A stretch of 64,000 nt of DNA from positions 64,001 through 128,000 of IMG/VR virus record IMGVR_UViG_3300012153_000089. One strand, written 5' to 3'. The notes below the pieces were generated by a model that was not told where the DNA came from, searched no databases, and saw nothing but the letters and a program-made list of their open reading frames with translations. The position numbers were made by a program, and so were the translations under genes. Below, in pieces: positions 59,960 through 64,000 of the stretch (the stretch's first letter is position 1; each line of letters opens with the position of its first letter). The DNA is from a virus (lineage: Duplodnaviria > Heunggongvirae > Uroviricota > Caudoviricetes).

Positions 59960-59988
59960 GTGAATCACTGTAAAATTACCATTTCATT

Positions 59989-60423
59989 TTGATTTTAAGG
60001 GAGCAAAAAATGAAAATACATAATTATCAACTTGAGCCAGTAGCTTCTTACCTCCACTCACTCAATTTGGAGCGTAAGGCGTCGCGACTTCGAACTAGAT
60101 TCAAGAACATAATTCTTGAAAGACTTCAAACAGTATTAAATGAAGTCAATGAAATCAATAAAGAATACTTAATCTTAGATGAACATGGTCAACCGCTAAT
60201 GAATGAAAAAGGCTATCTATTTAAAGATGACGTTAAAAGATTGAAAGACATTAACGAACTCTATTACGAAACGTTTACCATTGAACAAAATGAAAATAAT
60301 AGAGCAATGTTGGAGTCAGTAAAAGAGAGTGTTAATAACCACTCCCCTCTTTCGTTTGAAGGAAATGAGGCAGATATCTATGACATGGTGTGTGAATTGG
60401 TTGAGCAAATTGAATATGAGTAA
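59989..60423 (+). CDS. DUF1617-like hypothetical protein (likely start 60010)
   Basis: L.SL.L..KASRLRTRF..I; preceded by junction palindrome at 59970. Confidence 0.5.
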   Translation: MILREQKMKIHNYQLEPVASYLHSLNLERKASRLRTRFKNIILERLQTVLNEVNEINKEYLILDEHGQPLMNEKGYLFKDDVKRLKDINELYYETFTIEQNENNRAMLESVKESVNNHSPLSFEGNEADIYDMVCELVEQIEYE

Positions 60424-60505
60424 ACATTGGGAAGCGATCATTTGAATCGCTTCTTTTTTATTTCTCTTTAGATATTAGAAGCAAAAAGGAAGTGATTTAA
60501 GTAAT

Positions 60506-63134
60506 ATGAGTCAAGATTTACGTATCTTAATTGATAGTGCATTAAACGTTGGTAGTTCAATTAAGAACATCAACAACGATATCAAGGCTTTGGCCTCCCA
60601 TCCCTCTCTCAAATCTTTGAATTTGAAAGTGGATATTGATAAGTCATTTGTTAAGTCCATGAATGACTTTGTGGCGGCAACTAAGATATTGAGTACTGCA
60701 CTAGAACAACAGCAAAAGGTAATTAATGAGTCAGTTAAGACCACTAAGATGTTGGATGGCTCTATAGAGAAAGTAACACAGAAACAATTAGCCAACGGCT
60801 CAATCATCACGCAGACCACCAAAAAGATAAATGAAGAAACTAAAGCTTATAGTGAACAAAAGAAAACACTACAGCAACTTGAAAAAGAGTTAGACGGGTA
60901 TTCTCTAGCTAGAACTAGAGCCAATAAAAATAAACTTGGCGAAATCAATAGCACAACCAATACATATAAAAATCAGGCTGGTCAACAAGTAAGCGTCAAT
61001 GTAGACAACGAAGGTAACGTTAAGAACTACAGTCAAATAACTGATTATCTTAAGCAACAACAAGATGCGTTACAAAAAGAGCAAGCGATAAATAAGCAGC
61101 GTGAACAAGCAGCTCAACAAGAATATGCAACTCGAAAAGCATTAGCGGATAAGAATCTCAAAGAAGAAGAACAGCGCAATCAACAGTTTCTTGCTCAATT
61201 ACGTACTCGGTTTGCTGAGGAGCAAAAAATTGCTCGTGATCGTGATGCATTAGATAAAGCACATGCAGCGGCAATGACTGAGAATTTAAATAGACAAAAA
61301 GCAGTTGCAGATATGGAAGCAAAAATTGCTTCAGCTAAAACTAAGTTCTCAGGGAATGCATCTGCTGTAGCCGAGTTGAATGCTTTAAATGCTCAATTAG
61401 GAAATGTGTCAAAGGTTAGTAATTACAAAAATGCGTTAACAGAGTTGCAGACCAAACTAACACAAATAACCAGTCAAGCGAAATTAGCAGGAAATGAAGC
61501 TAAGACACTTGGAGAACGCTTTGCGAATGCTGCATCTAAAGTTGCATTATGGACAGGTGCTACATCTTCCATTTACATGACAATCAGAGCGTTGAAAGAT
61601 ATGACTAATGTCATTATCCAAGTAGATAGTCAGATGACACAGTTGAAACGTGTAATGGATGAGTCAACTGATTTTGAAGGCATGTTGAGTCGTAGTATTC
61701 AGTTGGCAAATGAACTAGGTCGAAGCATTACTGAGGTAAATGAGAATGCAATTGGTTTTGCTCGTATGGGATTCGATGAAGATCAAACTATGAATCTTGC
61801 AAAGACATCAACGCTATTGCAGAACATATCTGAATTAACACCTCAAGAATCAGTAGATACATTAACAGCGGCGATGACAATATTTAATGTTGAAGCTGGG
61901 AAGAGTATTGAAATTGCGAATAAGTTGAACGAGATTAAATTCGGTCTCCTCATGTAGTAATGCATGTAGAAAAACCTTTTCTGATTGACTTGGATCTCCC
62001 ACTGGGACAACAAGGGGCAAGTTTAAATACAGCCTGAACGACTGAGTGAAAAGGCTCCACTAATTAGTGGATGAAGCGACAGTCTGGACACTATAGAAAT
62101 ATAGTGAGAAGCGCTCAAGTGTAAAGACACTTTTGGAAGAAGTGCTTCCGCTACGATTATTGTAGTCAGTAGGACAATAAACGTCTGAAAGTAACAGATA
62201 TAGCGATAACAACTTCGCAGTGACAACTCAAAACTTAGCATTATCAATGACAAGAGCAGGAGCAAGTGCAAATACATTCGGTGGGGCCATAGCCCAAGCC
62301 GCCTAGTCGAGTGATCGATTAGTGAACAGTCAGCCATATCGGGAAACGTCTAGGGATAGATAATTCCGAGGAAAGAGCTATATAAATTAGAATTTATGTA
62401 GCAATCCGTAACGACTAAGTAGTTATAATGGTGACATTATAACTCTACGCTGACTATCTTCCACCCCCTACTACGGAAGATAAAGATAGAGTCTGGTCTG
62501 CATCTATAATCCATTAAGTATTAACTTAATACCAGAAAATGCAGAGGCAAGCAGAAATGACTTGCCCCCTCTACCAGTTAGAGGAGTAACAAATCGGTAT
62601 CAATGGAAGAATTATTGGGACATACAACCGCAATTGCTACAGCTACAAGAGAATCGGGATCAGTGATCGGTAAACTCGTTGCCGCCTAGTATGGGGACAT
62701 ATTAGTGAAAATCTCTACTTATTGACTTGGAAATCCTTATGGGATGACAGGGGGCAAGTTTAAATACAGCCTGAACGACTAAGTGTAGAGATGTCCAGAA
62801 CGGACAATGCGATAGTCTGAGCATCTATGGAAACATAGAGAGAAGTACTCAAGTGTAAAGACACTTATAGAAGAAGTACTTCCGCTGTACTTTTAGTATA
62901 GTCAGTAGGATATTTATAATATCTGAAAGTAACAGATTGAACTCACTGAAATCAATTTATTCTCGTATCACAACTATGGATAAATCCGAAGAAGTATTGG
63001 CCGCTGCTGGTGTTTCAATGAAAGATTTAAATGGTGAAACTCGTGGAGTAGCCGACATTATGGCTGAACTAGCAAGCAAATGGAACGGATTGTCCAAAGA
63101 AACACAACAAAGCACAGCAGTGAATCTGGCGGGT
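60506..63134 (+). CDS. tail tape measure protein, spliced: exons 60506-61935, 62204-62282, 62597-62671, 62940-63134 (continues beyond window)
   Basis: Joined exons read ...KLNEI-DNNFAVTTQNLALSMTRAGASANTFG-VSMEELLGHTTAIATATRESGSVIG-NSLKSIYSRI..., a continuous TP901-type TMP domain. Confidence 0.9.
61936..62203 (+). mobile_element. group I intron 1 (268 nt, no ORF)
   Basis: Exon ends in U, intron ends in G; P1 GAGAU/GUCUC with U-G pair; AACGACUGAG and ACAGUCUG core. Confidence 0.85.
62283..62596 (+). mobile_element. group I intron 2 (314 nt, no ORF)
   Basis: CAUAUCGGGAAAC, AACGACUAAG, AAGAUAGAGUCUG core elements; terminal G. Confidence 0.85.
62672..62939 (+). mobile_element. group I intron 3 (268 nt, paralogue of intron 1)
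   Basis: P1 UCGGU/GCCG; GAUAGUCUG; shares a 30-nt identical block with intron 1; terminal G. Confidence 0.85.
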
Positions 63135-64000
63135 TAAAATAACGGCCCCACAGTCAAGTGATTGACTGTTGCAAAGTCAACCATATCGGTGAACACCTTA
63201 ACGCATAATGGCGAAGGCAATACCGAGGTAAGGCGTCTTGTGAGAGAGACAATTAGAATTGGAGAATGATAAAAATAGAAAAAGAAATTGAGTTGAGTAT
63301 CGTTGAAGATTACAAGAACGGATTAAAGCGTAAATATATTTGCGAAAAATACAAAATCGCAAATTTCTATAAGATACTTGAAAAATATGATGTGCCACGA
63401 TTTAATAAGAAATGGACTCCAGACGAATTAGACAAACTTAATGAACTTTACCCAACTGAATCATGGGAATTAATTTTAAAAGAAATTAAAAGGTTTCCAA
63501 GAGCAGAAATAGCTCGAATGGCTTCTAAAATGAAAATAAGAAGAGAGAACTTTCAGTATACGAGCGAAGAGATTGAAGATTTCAAGAAGTATTATTGCGA
63601 AATGCCAACTAAGATTTTCATTGAAAGGTTTTTTCCTCATAGAACCGAATCAGCAATTCATAGTAAGGCCAGTAAACTGGGCTTAGTGTCAAGAGAGTCT
63701 TGGTCTGACAAAGAGAACGAAATACTCCAAAAATACTACCCTTCTTTATCAAACAAGACCATTCAAAATCTATACTTAAGCAATAGAAGTTTGAGCGCAA
63801 TCATGTGTCAAGCTGCGAATTTGGGCTTAAAAAAAGAAAAAACTAATACTCAATTTTCTAAAGAAGAGTTGATCTGCGCTCTTCGGCAACTTGCAGAAAA
63901 ATTAGGACGAACACCGACTCTTACAGATATCTCCATTTCTGAGGAAACACCTTCGCCAATGACCTATTACAGATATCTTGGTTCATACGAAAATGCCTGT
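63135..64000 (+). mobile_element. group I intron 4 (partial) carrying an ORF
   Basis: P1 GGGU/GCCC; CAUAUCGGUGAAC and AAUACCGAGG core elements, then a long ORF. Confidence 0.8.
63266..64000 (+). CDS. intron-encoded homing-endonuclease-like protein (partial)
   Basis: Not in ORF track (no stop in window). RBS GGAG; three Myb/SANT-like repeats (WTPDE, YTSEE, WSDKE) then SKEELI..L.QLAEKLGRTPT...TYYRYLGSYENA, an HNH-associated repeat. Confidence 0.7.
   Translation, partial: MIKIEKEIELSIVEDYKNGLKRKYICEKYKIANFYKILEKYDVPRFNKKWTPDELDKLNELYPTESWELILKEIKRFPRAEIARMASKMKIRRENFQYTSEEIEDFKKYYCEMPTKIFIERFFPHRTESAIHSKASKLGLVSRESWSDKENEILQKYYPSLSNKTIQNLYLSNRSLSAIMCQAANLGLKKEKTNTQFSKEELICALRQLAEKLGRTPTLTDISISEETPSPMTYYRYLGSYENAC

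Noticed and set aside
61936-62939. Group II introns or sequencing-error frameshifts in TMP
   Set aside because: No GUGYG/AY ends or domain V; U/G boundaries, P1 and P7 cores and exact frame restoration indicate group I.
62023-63800. Minus-strand ORFs 62023-62337, 63198-63398, 63618-63800
   Set aside because: Antisense shadows of intron and homing-endonuclease sequence.

Overview
The whole window is a 64-kb slice of a large temperate SPbeta-like siphophage or prophage of a spore-forming Bacillales host (Paenibacillus-like gene families; host is inference). No host chromosomal genes, tRNA, rRNA or CRISPR were seen. Left arm (1-38.2 kb, almost all minus strand): replication/recombination genes with a LexA box upstream; a lysis-lysogeny block (orphan MazF, YopQ-like DGQHR protein, MrpR/YopR-like repressor); directly behind it a compact agr-type peptide cassette (kinase-less 6-7TM sensor, AgrB, an unannotated 44-aa AgrD, stand-alone LytTR); then about 20 kb of small accessory genes separated by a recurring 18-bp palindrome and driven by repeated promoters sharing a 13-bp operator; a C5 methyltransferase, an SF2 helicase, a YonT-like type I toxin, a strand-skew switch region and a tyrosine recombinase. 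Right arm (38.3-64 kb, plus strand): YonO-type RNA polymerase, HU, phosphoesterase, terminase, portal, protease, capsid, head-tail and tail genes, three glycosyltransferases inserted in the tail operon, a YomM-like recombinase, and a tape-measure gene split by at least four group I introns, the last carrying a homing-endonuclease-type ORF that runs off the window. Best candidates for an undescribed system: the kinase-less agr/LytTR cassette beside the master repressor of a phage that shows no arbitrium genes here, and the palindrome-delimited gene-cassette arrays. Family calls come from motif recognition by eye; no database search was run.
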